From positions 1,760,001-1,824,000 of the forward strand of contig OY763927.2 in assembly GCA_963667665.2 (NCBI GenBank): DNA of 64,000 nt. The letters run 5' to 3'. Positions 39,275-49,636 of the stretch are shown one piece after another. A model generated the notes under the pieces. That model was given only the letters and a program-made list of their open reading frames with translations, did not search any database and was not told where the DNA came from. Source of the DNA: Nitrosopumilus sp. (GTDB lineage: Archaea > Thermoproteota > Nitrososphaeria > Nitrososphaerales > Nitrosopumilaceae). The translations under genes and the position numbers were made by a program. Within the stretch, counting starts at the first letter, position 1, and each line of letters opens with the position of its first letter.

Positions 39275-41593
39275 TCAATCTACTAAATTATGCATAGATT
39301 TCAAATCTTTTTTAAATTGTTCTAGATTTGCCGGAATTTCGATTTTGATTGAATCCTTCAATGAAAGATTTTGAGCTTTTTTGTCATTCCATACTTTGGA
39401 ATTAAATTCTGTAATTTCTTTTGTAATATCACTTTGAATTTCTAAATTTTCTGACTCAACTTGTCTCTGTTTATGAATACTTTCTTTAGAGTACAAAGAA
39501 TTCCAAAGATACTCGGTGATAAATGGAGTAATTGGTGCTAATAATTTTAAAATTGTTGATAATACTTTATGTAGTGTAAATATTGCACCATCTCTTTCTT
39601 CATCAGAAAAATTAATTCCATAAGCTCTTGCTTTAACCATTTCAATATAATGTGCTGCAAATAAATTCCATGTAAATTCTCTAATTGCTATTGCAGGAAT
39701 AAAGAAATTATATTCATCATAACCTTTCTTACATTCTTTTACCAGATTATCTAATTCTGATAAAATCCATTTGTCAGATGTGTTTGGAATTCCAGATTCA
39801 ACTACTGAGAAACTGGACAAAAATCTAGATACATTCCATAATTTACTTAGGAATTTTTTAGTTGATTCTATTTTTTGCTCATTGCATCTAAAGTCATATC
39901 CATGATTAATTTCACTTGCACTCCAGAACCTAAAGGTATCAGCACCTAATTTTTCAATTACTGGTAAAGGATCAATTGCATTTCCTTTGCTTTTACTCAT
40001 CTTCATTCCTTTTTCATCTAGTCCATATCCCATGATCCAAGCTTCTGTCCATGGTTTTTTTCCAGTAAGTTGTTCGCATCTTAGAAGTGTATAGTATAAC
40101 CAAGTTCTGACAATATCTTTTGCTTGAGGTCTAATAGATGCAGGATATACTTTGTTGAAAAATTCTTCATCTTTTCCAAATTTGCTTACAAAAAGAGGTG
40201 ATATACTAGAATCCATCCATGTATCAAAAGTTCGTTCTTCTCCTACAAATTCAGTAGATTGACATTTTGGACATTGACTAATTGGACAATCCTCTTTCCA
40301 TGGTCTATAGTATTTTCCAGGCTCAGGAACATAGGGTTCTGAGCATTTTTTACAATACCAAATTGGGATTTCAGTACCATAGTATCTTCTTCTTGAGATT
40401 GGCCAATCGATATTGATGGATTCAAGCCAATTCATCAAAATTTGTTTGTGCATTGCAGGATGAAACGTAATCTCTTCTCCAAGAGTTTTCATTTTTTCAA
40501 CTGATTCTTTTTGTTTTAGATAATATTCCTCCATTGGAATTATTTCAATGGGGATTTTACTTCTCTCAGATACAGGCGTTCTGTGGTTAATGTCTTCAAT
40601 TTTCTCTACAAATCCTTTTGATTCCAAGTCTTCTATGATTTTTGTTCTTGCTTGTTTTGGTTTTAGCCCTGCATATTCTCCTGCAACTTCTGTCATCCTT
40701 CCATCTAGCCCAATTGCAATAATCTCTTCTAATTGTAATTCTCTAAATAATGCCACATCATTTTGATCACCATAACTACATACCATTACTGCCCCCGAAC
40801 CAAATTCTTGTTTAGCAGAATGATGTGTTCTTAATTCAACTTCTGCATTAGTAATGGGAACGATTACTTTTTTTCCAATATATTGTGTATATCTATCATC
40901 TTTTGGATTTACAATAATTGTTTTGCATGCACAAACTAATTCTGGTCTTGTACTTGCAATAATTATTTCCTTATCTGTGTCTTTTATTTTGAATTTCATG
41001 TAAACTAATTTAGTTTGCAAATCTTCGTATATGATTTCTGCATCAGCAATAGTTGTTCCTGATACCCAATCGTAGTTGTTAGGTCTGTTTGCTAGATACA
41101 CTTGACCTTTTTTCCATAATTCAATAAATGTTGATTGTGTAAGTGTTCTATATTCTTCTGAATCCGTTCTATAGTAGTTTGTAAAGTCTCCACTTATTCC
41201 AATATTTTTCATAATGAGAATCATTTCAGCTTCCAAATCATCTAGTGCTTCTCTACATAGATTCAGAAATTCTCCTCTATCTGTTTCTCTCATTCTAATT
41301 TTGTACTTTTTCTCAGTGTACAATTCTACTGGAAGTCCATTTCTATCAATTCCTATAGGGAAATAGACATTTTTTCCAGCCATTCTTGCTGTTCTGGCAA
41401 TCATATCAATTTGAGAATAATGTGCTGCTGCTCCAATATGCCATGGTCTGCCTGATGGATATGGTGGAGGAGTATCTATGGTAAAGTTATCTTCTTGTGG
41501 TGTAAAATCATAAATTTTATCATCTTGCCATTTTTTTAGTATCTTTTTTTCTAATTCTGGGTTCCATGCTTTTTCTGATATTTTAGGTTCCAT
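39275..41593 (-). CDS. valS: valine--tRNA ligase
   Basis: IDTPPPYPSG..HIG, KMSKS. Confidence 0.96.
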   Translation of the reverse strand: MEPKISEKAWNPELEKKILKKWQDDKIYDFTPQEDNFTIDTPPPYPSGRPWHIGAAAHYSQIDMIARTARMAGKNVYFPIGIDRNGLPVELYTEKKYKIRMRETDRGEFLNLCREALDDLEAEMILIMKNIGISGDFTNYYRTDSEEYRTLTQSTFIELWKKGQVYLANRPNNYDWVSGTTIADAEIIYEDLQTKLVYMKFKIKDTDKEIIIASTRPELVCACKTIIVNPKDDRYTQYIGKKVIVPITNAEVELRTHHSAKQEFGSGAVMVCSYGDQNDVALFRELQLEEIIAIGLDGRMTEVAGEYAGLKPKQARTKIIEDLESKGFVEKIEDINHRTPVSERSKIPIEIIPMEEYYLKQKESVEKMKTLGEEITFHPAMHKQILMNWLESINIDWPISRRRYYGTEIPIWYCKKCSEPYVPEPGKYYRPWKEDCPISQCPKCQSTEFVGEERTFDTWMDSSISPLFVSKFGKDEEFFNKVYPASIRPQAKDIVRTWLYYTLLRCEQLTGKKPWTEAWIMGYGLDEKGMKMSKSKGNAIDPLPVIEKLGADTFRFWSASEINHGYDFRCNEQKIESTKKFLSKLWNVSRFLSSFSVVESGIPNTSDKWILSELDNLVKECKKGYDEYNFFIPAIAIREFTWNLFAAHYIEMVKARAYGINFSDEERDGAIFTLHKVLSTILKLLAPITPFITEYLWNSLYSKESIHKQRQVESENLEIQSDITKEITEFNSKVWNDKKAQNLSLKDSIKIEIPANLEQFKKDLKSMHNLVD

Positions 41594-41600
41594 TTCTTAA

Positions 41601-42416
41601 CTATCTTGAAATCTTTGAAATAATATGAGATCCTTTATTGTAACCTTCGTAGATGTAAACTCCTAATGCTTCTACATTTGATGGCATTTTAGGTGCTAAT
41701 AATTTGATTATTTCACTTGAAAGATTTTCTACAGTTGCTTCGCCTTCTAAAAGATAAGTAGTATCTTTTGGAACTTGTAATTCAAACATTCCTTTAGGAC
41801 CATCAAATTGAATTAGATAATGAGAATCATCTTCACTTTTTAGATATTTTCTGTTAATGAAAAATTTATGATCAAATATGTTAACCACTTCTTTGATAAT
41901 TTTTTTTGCTACACCAAAATCTAAAAGTAAATTATCTTTCATTTGTCCTACAAGCTCTACCATTACCGAAGATGTATGTCCATGTAAGATAGAGCATTTT
42001 TCAACCAATGGAAGTATATGTGCGTAATCAAATGAAAACGATCCATCTTCTAAAAATATAGAACCTGTCTGTGGTGACTTGTCATAAAATACTAAATCTT
42101 GTAATTCTTTAATTTGTGCAACATACTTTGCATGTCCTATTGCCATCACTTTGTCTTGAGGAAAATCTTCTTTGATCTGTTTGTATTTTTCAATGTCTTC
42201 ATCATTATCAATTACTTCAATTAGTCCTTTCTTTGTTTTAAAATCAATTGTAACCTCGTTTCCGTTCTTTAAGGTGAGTTTGTGATTGTATTGGTATTCT
42301 TCATCAAGAAAGGTGAGCATTTGTGCCACTGTTAGTTCAGTTCTTGTTCTAAGCAAATTTCCATTTTTATCGATATATCTAAAGTCTGAGTCTAGAATTG
42401 TAGGACTTGAAGCCAT
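41601..42416 (-). CDS. queD: 6-carboxytetrahydropterin synthase (QueD/PTPS) with an extra N-terminal domain
   Basis: FDYAH..CSILHGH..LDF..FDH..ATVENL; ~118-aa N-terminal extension. Confidence 0.8.
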   Translation of the reverse strand: MASSPTILDSDFRYIDKNGNLLRTRTELTVAQMLTFLDEEYQYNHKLTLKNGNEVTIDFKTKKGLIEVIDNDEDIEKYKQIKEDFPQDKVMAIGHAKYVAQIKELQDLVFYDKSPQTGSIFLEDGSFSFDYAHILPLVEKCSILHGHTSSVMVELVGQMKDNLLLDFGVAKKIIKEVVNIFDHKFFINRKYLKSEDDSHYLIQFDGPKGMFELQVPKDTTYLLEGEATVENLSSEIIKLLAPKMPSNVEALGVYIYEGYNKGSHIISKISR

Positions 42417-42486
42417 GTGAAGTCATCTGACTTTGGATATAATATAAATTCTGTAATGATTATACCTGAAAATTCATTTTTTTGAA

Positions 42487-42765
42487 TTATGCTAAAGAAT
42501 TTAGAATTTTAGCCAGATTGACATCATTTTTTGTGATACCTCCAGCATCATGAGTTGTTAATTCTATGGTGATTTTGTTGTATACATTAAACCATTCTGG
42601 GTGATGATTCATTTTTTCGATTTCCATGGCTGCTCTGGTCATAAAACCAAACGCCTGGTTAAAACTATCAAACTGAAATTCTTTGTGTAATTTCTCATTT
42701 ACAACACTCCAGCCTGACAGATTTTTTAGTTCTTCATCAATGTCTGTTTGTGATAATCTCATCAT
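42487..42765 (-). CDS. phhB: pterin-4a-carbinolamine dehydratase
   Basis: [19 protein letters not shown]. Confidence 0.93.
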   Translation of the reverse strand: MMRLSQTDIDEELKNLSGWSVVNEKLHKEFQFDSFNQAFGFMTRAAMEIEKMNHHPEWFNVYNKITIELTTHDAGGITKNDVNLAKILNSLA

Positions 42766-42838
42766 AGTGTTTTACATTGAATGCTAAATTAAAAGATTGA
42801 TTCATTACCCTTCTATGGAATCTGTGCTGTGAGAGATA

Positions 42839-43594
42839 ATGGATGAAATAAATAAAAAATTACTTGAAAATATTAAAAATTCAATTTCTGAAACTGTTAA
42901 AGAAAAGAAAATTGGAATTGCTTTTTCTGGAGGTGTTGATAGTACATTAATTTCAAAAATTTGCTCAGACATGGATTATGATATTACATTATTGACAATT
43001 GGATTCGCAGAATCTCATGATATTTTATTTGCAAAAGAAGTCAATGAACAATTAAACTATCCTCACCATGTTCTAGAAATTGATTCAGAAACATTTCATT
43101 CTATTTCATTAAAAATTCAACAAACAATAAAAACTGAAAATCTATCATGGAATGAAAATTGTATTGCATTTCATTATGTTTCTCAACTAGCAAAAAGCTT
43201 AGATCTTGATACAGTAATCACTGCAAATGGAATAGATGAATTATTTTGTGGTTACAATGCATATAGAGAAGCAATTTCTGAAGGTGAATCTAAAATTCAT
43301 GAAGTTATGATCTCTAAATTAGATAATGAACTAAAAATGATGAAGGCTGTGAATCTAATTGCATCAGAGTTTGGTGTAAAAATTATTCAGCCATTACTAT
43401 CTTCAAAATTTATAGAGTATGCCAAAACTATTCCTTTGTCTGAGAAAATTCATGATTCAGATGATTTGTATCGTAAACATATCATAAGAAAATTAGCTAG
43501 TCAAATCAATGTTCCAGAAATTTCTTGTACAAAAAGAAAAAAGGCATTACAATATGGTTCTAAAATTCATAAAGCATTACTAAAAACTAGATAA
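42839..43594 (+). CDS. asparagine synthase C-terminal (PP-loop) domain protein lacking the glutaminase domain
   Basis: AFSGGVDS, ANGIDELFCGY, RKKALQYGS. Confidence 0.8.
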   Translation: MDEINKKLLENIKNSISETVKEKKIGIAFSGGVDSTLISKICSDMDYDITLLTIGFAESHDILFAKEVNEQLNYPHHVLEIDSETFHSISLKIQQTIKTENLSWNENCIAFHYVSQLAKSLDLDTVITANGIDELFCGYNAYREAISEGESKIHEVMISKLDNELKMMKAVNLIASEFGVKIIQPLLSSKFIEYAKTIPLSEKIHDSDDLYRKHIIRKLASQINVPEISCTKRKKALQYGSKIHKALLKTR

Positions 43595-44951
43595 ATTTTT
43601 TAACTGTATTTTGAACTGATTTCTTTACGTTATTAATTATCATAGGTGACGCACCAAGATGTTTCTCTGGTGAAAATATAGATTCAATTTCTTTACTAGT
43701 TAATTTTGAAGAAAATGCTTTATCGTTTTTGATGGCATCCATGTATTGCATTCCTTTGTCATTTGCCAAAAATGCAACTCTTTGAACATCTTTGTAGGCT
43801 ACAAATCTTGGAACGCCTTTTTTGATTAATGCCTCTAAAACAAATTCTGCAAAGATTTGCCCCTTTGTGATGTAAAGATTCTCTACAATTCTTTTCTCAT
43901 TTACCATCAAGTTTGAAATAATTCTAGTCATGGTTTCTAGCATTTCATCAACTAGAATGGCTACTGTTGGGAGTACAAATCTCTCATTTGCTGAATTTGA
44001 AAGATCTCGTTCATGCCATAATGGAATATTTTCAAAAGCTATTCCTACCTGACTTCGTACCATTTTAGATAATGATGATATTCTTTCACTTTTGATTGGA
44101 TTTCTTTTAACTGGAACTGCACTACTGCCCATTTGTCCCTTCTTGAACTGCTCTGCAACTTCCCCAATCTCAGTTCTCTGCAAATTTCTAATCTCTACTG
44201 CAATTTTTTCCAAAGTTGCACCAATTAATGCTAATTCAAACACATATTCTGCATATCTCTCCCTTGGAACAACCTGAGTGGTTACTTCTGCAGAGTATAA
44301 CTTCAAGCGTTTTGCAACTCTTTTTTGAACCTCAAGTGATTTTGCACCCATTAAGGAACCAGTTCCTACAACACCTAGTGTCTTACAAATTAGAATTCTT
44401 TTCTTAATCTCTTCAATTCTTTCTACATGTTTTGCCATCTCTGCTGCCCAATTTGCAAATTTTAATCCAAATGAAATGATACTTGCATGTTGTCCATGAG
44501 TTCTACCAACAGCTGGAATCTTTTCATATTTTACAGCTTTTTTCGCTAGAATTGTTGCTAATTTTGCAACTTTTGGTTCAATTATTTTTAATGCATCACG
44601 CATTTGCATGGAATTACTTGTATCTACCAAATCATTACTTGTTAATCCATAATGAATCCATGGTCTAACCTCTTTAGTACATTTTTCATTTAATGATTCA
44701 ACTAGTGCTGCAGTATCGTGATCACTTTTTGCTTCAAGTTGTTTGATTCTTTTTGCAGTGATTTTTCCTGATAATGCTGCTTTGAAAATTTTTTTCCCAA
44801 CTGTTTTAGGAATAATTCCAATCTCACTTTGTGAAATAGCTGCTGCACCTTCAATCTCTAATTGATAATTGATTTTCTTTTGTTCACTAAAAATTTCTAT
44901 CATTTCTTTAGTGCCATAACGACCATTGTCTATAGGTAAAATTGCCAACAT
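43587..44951 (-). CDS. purB: adenylosuccinate lyase
   Basis: HYGLTSND, GRTHGQHA, GSSAVPVKRNP. Confidence 0.96.
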   Translation of the reverse strand: MLAILPIDNGRYGTKEMIEIFSEQKKINYQLEIEGAAAISQSEIGIIPKTVGKKIFKAALSGKITAKRIKQLEAKSDHDTAALVESLNEKCTKEVRPWIHYGLTSNDLVDTSNSMQMRDALKIIEPKVAKLATILAKKAVKYEKIPAVGRTHGQHASIISFGLKFANWAAEMAKHVERIEEIKKRILICKTLGVVGTGSLMGAKSLEVQKRVAKRLKLYSAEVTTQVVPRERYAEYVFELALIGATLEKIAVEIRNLQRTEIGEVAEQFKKGQMGSSAVPVKRNPIKSERISSLSKMVRSQVGIAFENIPLWHERDLSNSANERFVLPTVAILVDEMLETMTRIISNLMVNEKRIVENLYITKGQIFAEFVLEALIKKGVPRFVAYKDVQRVAFLANDKGMQYMDAIKNDKAFSSKLTSKEIESIFSPEKHLGASPMIINNVKKSVQNTVKKFI

Positions 44952-45062
44952 TATGATTTTAATTTATGAGAAAATAAATCTACTTCTTTTCTAATTTTGT
45001 GCGTATGGAGCTATTTTGATATGATCTAGCCTCAAAAAATTGTTCTTTTTTAGATTAATCTG

Positions 45063-45260
45063 CTAATAACGAGATTTTCTCACTGTTGCAATTTTCTTTT
45101 GTGATCTGGGTGTTTTTGTTTTGGCCTTGGCTTTGCTTACTTTACCTTCTTTTTTGATACTTTTTCCACTTCTTCGTGCAGCTCTTAAAGCGCTTGCTCT
45201 AACTTTTTGCTGTTTTTTCTGTTCTTCTATTTCTTTTTTAGTTAATTTTTTTCTAACCAC
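45063..45260 (-). CDS. small, very basic K/R-rich protein
   Basis: 65 aa, low complexity. Confidence 0.5.
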   Translation of the reverse strand: MVRKKLTKKEIEEQKKQQKVRASALRAARRSGKSIKKEGKVSKAKAKTKTPRSQKKIATVRKSRY

Positions 45261-45328
45261 AAAACAGAATCTATTTTACCCTAGATAAATTAGCTCATTA
45301 ATTTCAAGTAAGAGTATTATCCTAAAAA

Positions 45329-45484
45329 TTAATTTTGTTTAATTCCTGTTTCTGATAATACCCACTCTAAAGCTTTGAAATAACCTTGTTTGAAATTTCT
45401 TTCATCAATTGCCCAATCTGGATTTGCTCTTAGTTCTGTAAGTAATTGATCTGCTTTTTGTGTGATTGTTGCTTTATCTAACAT
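45329..45484 (-). CDS. 51-aa hypothetical protein (not in ORF track)
   Basis: MLDKATITQKADQLLTELRANPDWAIDERNFKQGYFKALEWVLSETGIKQN*; TATA-like TTTAAA upstream. Confidence 0.6.
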   Translation of the reverse strand: MLDKATITQKADQLLTELRANPDWAIDERNFKQGYFKALEWVLSETGIKQN

Positions 45485-45572
45485 ATTTTAGAATAAATTC
45501 TAATTAATTTAAAATTCTTTACAATTCTTCTGATGATTTAAATTGGATTGAAAGAAAATTTCACCGATATAC

Positions 45573-47021
45573 ATGTCTTCTAGTACTTCAAAAAAAATTG
45601 GAGAAAACCAATATCAAATTGATGCTGATTCTAATCTTGGAATGAAAGTTCCTGTGAGGATTTATGCTGATGAACCACTACTACAAAAAATGTTATCTGG
45701 TAGAACAATTACGCAGGCACAAAATGTTTCATGTATTCCTGGAATAGTTGGTCAAAGTATTGTTTTGCCTGATGGTCATGAGGGATATGGTTTCCCAGTT
45801 GGTGGTGTTGCAGCTATGGATGCAGAAGAAGGAATGATTAGTCCAGGTGGTGTTGGATATGATATTAATTGTGGAGTCAGATTACTTCGAACTAATTTAA
45901 CAGAACAAGCAGTTCGCTCAAAACTAAAAGAACTTGTTACTGATCTTTTTAGCTCTATTCCTTCAGGTGTAGGCTCTAAAGGCGCAGTTAGACTTAGTCC
46001 TTCAGAACTTGATGAAGTTTTGGTAAGAGGAGTTGACTGGGCAATTGATCATGGATATGGTTCAACAAATGATTCTGATGTTTGTGAAGAGAATGGTAAA
46101 ATTCCAAATGCTGATCCAAATAAAGTTTCAGATAGGGCAAGAAAAAGAGGAGCTCCGCAACTTGGAAGCTTAGGTTCTGGAAATCATTTTCTTGAAGTAC
46201 AAAAAGTTGCAGAAATTCATGATGAAGAGGCAGCAAAAAGAATGGGAATTAAAGAAGGAACTATTACAGTTTTAATTCATTGCGGTTCTAGAGGATTTGG
46301 TCATCAAGTATGTAGTGATTATCTTAGAGTTGCAGAACAAGCAATGGCAAAATATGATATCAATTTACCCGATAGAGAGCTTGCATGTGTTCCAAATACT
46401 TCTGAGGAAGGAGAGTCTTACAGAAAAGCAATGTTTGCAGCATTAAATTTTGCATGGAGTAATAGACAAATGATTACTCATTGGACTAGAAAATCTTTTG
46501 AACGTGTATTTAATCAAACAGAATCTGATCTTGATATGAAATTAGTTTATGATGTTGCACATAACATTGCAAAAATAGAAAAACACAAAGTTGATGGAAA
46601 AGAACGAAAAGTAGTTGTTCATAGAAAAGGTGCAACTAGAGCATTTCCTGCAAATCGTGATGAAATACCTTCAAAATATCGTGATTTGGGACAACCTGTA
46701 TTGGTTCCAGGCTCTATGGGAACTGCAAGTTGGATTTTGCTTGGTCAACCCAATTCTATGGATTTGAGTTTTGGCTCAACTGCACATGGTGCTGGAAGGA
46801 CAATGTCAAGAACCAAGGCGAGGAGAAATTATAATGAAAATGACGTTAAAAAATCTCTAAATGATAAGGGCATATTTATCAAGGCATTAACCCGAGATGG
46901 AATTGTGGAAGAAACTCCTCAAGCGTACAAAGATGTTGATGCTGTAGTTAATGTGTCTCACAATCTAGGAATTGCCACAAAAGTTGCAAAATTAGTGCCT
47001 ATTGGTGTGATTAAGGGTTGA
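45573..47021 (+). CDS. rtcB: tRNA-splicing ligase RtcB
   Basis: LPDGHEGYGFPVG, GYDINCG, GSGNHFLE, HRKGAT, HGAGR. Confidence 0.96.
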   Translation: MSSSTSKKIGENQYQIDADSNLGMKVPVRIYADEPLLQKMLSGRTITQAQNVSCIPGIVGQSIVLPDGHEGYGFPVGGVAAMDAEEGMISPGGVGYDINCGVRLLRTNLTEQAVRSKLKELVTDLFSSIPSGVGSKGAVRLSPSELDEVLVRGVDWAIDHGYGSTNDSDVCEENGKIPNADPNKVSDRARKRGAPQLGSLGSGNHFLEVQKVAEIHDEEAAKRMGIKEGTITVLIHCGSRGFGHQVCSDYLRVAEQAMAKYDINLPDRELACVPNTSEEGESYRKAMFAALNFAWSNRQMITHWTRKSFERVFNQTESDLDMKLVYDVAHNIAKIEKHKVDGKERKVVVHRKGATRAFPANRDEIPSKYRDLGQPVLVPGSMGTASWILLGQPNSMDLSFGSTAHGAGRTMSRTKARRNYNENDVKKSLNDKGIFIKALTRDGIVEETPQAYKDVDAVVNVSHNLGIATKVAKLVPIGVIKG

Positions 47022-47434
47022 GTGAAAAAGATTTTGAACTTGAACGATTAAAGGCCAAAAGACTTGCTGAAATGCAAAAAAATATCTCCACAAAACAAGA
47101 AATTGAAAAAACTCAAGAACTTGAGAAAGACAAACCAAAAGAAAACCCACGCGATTTACTAGTTAAGCAATTGGGATTTAGAGGATTAGAAGTTTTAGAA
47201 AATGCAGAATCTCAATTTCCAAATGAAACTAAAATGATAGTAGAAAAATTATCTGAGTTAATTAAGACAGGTGAAATCAATGAAGTTATTGACGGAGGAA
47301 AATTATTAACATTATTTAGATCAATTGGACTAAGTGTTAGAATGGCAACAAAAATCAATATTGAACAAGATGGAAAATTTGTATCTTTAAGTGACAAACT
47401 TAGTAGCAAGCCATCAGATGATCGTGATGAATAA
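47018..47434 (+). CDS. PDCD5-like dsDNA-binding domain protein
   Basis: ELERLKAKRLAEMQ N-terminus; coupled to rtcB. Confidence 0.65.
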   Translation: MSEKDFELERLKAKRLAEMQKNISTKQEIEKTQELEKDKPKENPRDLLVKQLGFRGLEVLENAESQFPNETKMIVEKLSELIKTGEINEVIDGGKLLTLFRSIGLSVRMATKINIEQDGKFVSLSDKLSSKPSDDRDE

Positions 47435-47745
47435 TGAGTGTTACTTTAGAAATTAAAACAAAAAATTACGTAGATGATTTATTATCAATTAAAAAATCAC
47501 TTTCTCATATGGAAACTATTGTAGAACAATATAATGGATATGTTCTTAGTGAACCAGAAACAAAGTTTGGCTGGACATTTTTCAAATTAGCATTCAAACC
47601 AAATCTACAAACTGGTATAGAAGAAAAATTTGCTGACATGCTGCAAAAATATCCCAGAGGTGATCAACCACAAAAATTTGCAAAATTTATGATAGACTAT
47701 TTTCATTCTAGAGATTGTGATGCAATAATAAAAGGAGATGACTAG
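47434..47745 (+). CDS. hypothetical protein
   Basis: 103-aa ORF coupled to the upstream gene. Confidence 0.7.
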   Translation: MSVTLEIKTKNYVDDLLSIKKSLSHMETIVEQYNGYVLSEPETKFGWTFFKLAFKPNLQTGIEEKFADMLQKYPRGDQPQKFAKFMIDYFHSRDCDAIIKGDD

Positions 47746-48248
47746 ACTCTTCTTCCTCTTTTTCCACCTTTCTTTCTAGTGGTGTCGTGAGGAATAGGTG
47801 TTACATCATCAATTCTTCCAATCTTAAATCCGCCTCTTGCTAATGCTCTAATGGCAGCTTGTGCACCTGGTCCAGGTACTCTAGAACCAACTCCACCTAC
47901 TGCACGAACTCTGATATGGAATCCATCGAATCCTTTATTTTTTGCAGATTCAACTACTGCATTTGCAGCTTTCATTGCAGCAAATGGTGATGATTCGTAT
48001 CTGTCAGCATTGACATGTATGCCCCCAGAACTGATGGCGACAGTTTCTCCACCCGTAAGATCAGTTAGATGAATAATTGTATTATTGTAACTACTGTAAA
48101 TATGAACAATTCCCCATTTTTCAGGACCTTGTTTTTTTACCTCTGGTTGGGATTTTGTTTCAACTTTAGCCTCGGATTTTACTTCCTCAACCGGTACTTC
48201 AGTCTCTTTAACTGAAACTTCCTCAACTTTAGCCTCGGTTTCTGACAA
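47742..48248 (-). CDS. rps11: 30S ribosomal protein S11 (uS11) with an acidic N-terminal extension
   Basis: [32 protein letters not shown]. Confidence 0.97.
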   Translation of the reverse strand: MSETEAKVEEVSVKETEVPVEEVKSEAKVETKSQPEVKKQGPEKWGIVHIYSSYNNTIIHLTDLTGGETVAISSGGIHVNADRYESSPFAAMKAANAVVESAKNKGFDGFHIRVRAVGGVGSRVPGPGAQAAIRALARGGFKIGRIDDVTPIPHDTTRKKGGKRGRRV

Positions 48249-48364
48249 TGTCTACACACGTCTTAAAGGGTTTAAAATACATTGATTTTCTAATCTTGCC
48301 TTAATTTACTTACTTTGCATAAAATTAATGATTATTCATATACTGTGATTAACTGGATCTTTTA

Positions 48365-48685
48365 GTGGTATCAATTCTTCTGGTGGCTATTGGAATTGGA
48401 ATTGCAACTGCTTTACTAGGATCTATAGGATTTCAGTTTCTAACACCGATTAATGATTTAGTTTTGTCTCCCTTGGAAGAAAAATGTCAACTAATCGCAA
48501 ATGAAGGATACAAAATTCATGCAATTTATCCAGGTTCAAGTCTTGATGAACTTCCTGATGATGATATGAAACTAATGCAGTACTTGGATGAAAAATGGAT
48601 GAAAGAATGTGTTTCTGTTCTTCCAGCTGATTCCATAATTAATATTGCAAATAATGTAGATAGAGAATTTTTTTCTGGGGAATAA
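48365..48685 (+). CDS. membrane-anchored hypothetical protein
   Basis: N-terminal TM helix, Cys pair. Confidence 0.65.
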   Translation: MVSILLVAIGIGIATALLGSIGFQFLTPINDLVLSPLEEKCQLIANEGYKIHAIYPGSSLDELPDDDMKLMQYLDEKWMKECVSVLPADSIINIANNVDREFFSGE

Positions 48686-49636
48686 TTATCTAAAATGTTT
48701 CCATCCTAAATCTTTCAAACGAGTGTATCTATTATTTTCTTGAAGATAAACTCCTTTACCTGATGTGACATATCCAATTTCAATAATTGGTGTTTTAAGC
48801 AATTTTGCATTTTTTATTATTATTTGTCTATGTTTGGGAGATATTGTAAATACAATTTCATATTCTTCTCCTCCATGAAAAATTAATTTGTTTAAATCAA
48901 ATTTTTGAGATTTTGCATAATATTGTAAATCTTTCATTGAAGGTATGTTATTAATGACAAATTTTTTCTTACTCTGTTTTGACATTTCATTTAAAGTGGT
49001 AGATAATCCATCACTAGAATCCATTGATGATGAAAAATATTTTTTATTTTTTATTCCAAATTTGAGTTTTGGATTTGGTTTTAATACTGATTTGATAGAT
49101 TTTTTAACAAAATTCTCTTTTCCCTTTTTCTTACCAAGAAGCATGTTCAATCCTGCTGAAGTATAACCAAATGACCCAGTCACAAATATCAGATCCTTCT
49201 TTTTAGATCCTTTTCTGCTGACTAGATTATCGGTTTTTCCAAAAATACATACATTAAACACAATTTCTTTGCCTGCATTTGTGTCACCACCAAGAATTGA
49301 AATACCATATTCATCACATGCTTTTCTGAAACCTTTTCCAATCTCTTCAATTTTTGAGCGTGAAATAGTCCTTGGTAGATTTACAGAAATAATTCCATAT
49401 TGAGGCTTGATTCCTTTTGCAGCAAAATCACTTACACATGCAACAATACTTTTTCTTGCAGCATCTGCTAATTTCATTTTAGATGGAATATCTGTACTTT
49501 CTACTAGAGTGTCTGTTTTAGCTACGATTTTGGTTTTACCTAAATTAAAAATTTCAACATCTTCTGAGACAAATTTCTTATTTCCTAATTTACTCTGAAA
49601 AATTTTGATTATTGAAGATTCATCTAACTTGGTCAT
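48686..49636 (-). CDS. thiL: thiamine-monophosphate kinase
   Basis: KTDTLVE, SDFAAKG, GGDT, DSSDGL, GGEEYE. Confidence 0.93.
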   Translation of the reverse strand: MTKLDESSIIKIFQSKLGNKKFVSEDVEIFNLGKTKIVAKTDTLVESTDIPSKMKLADAARKSIVACVSDFAAKGIKPQYGIISVNLPRTISRSKIEEIGKGFRKACDEYGISILGGDTNAGKEIVFNVCIFGKTDNLVSRKGSKKKDLIFVTGSFGYTSAGLNMLLGKKKGKENFVKKSIKSVLKPNPKLKFGIKNKKYFSSSMDSSDGLSTTLNEMSKQSKKKFVINNIPSMKDLQYYAKSQKFDLNKLIFHGGEEYEIVFTISPKHRQIIIKNAKLLKTPIIEIGYVTSGKGVYLQENNRYTRLKDLGWKHFR

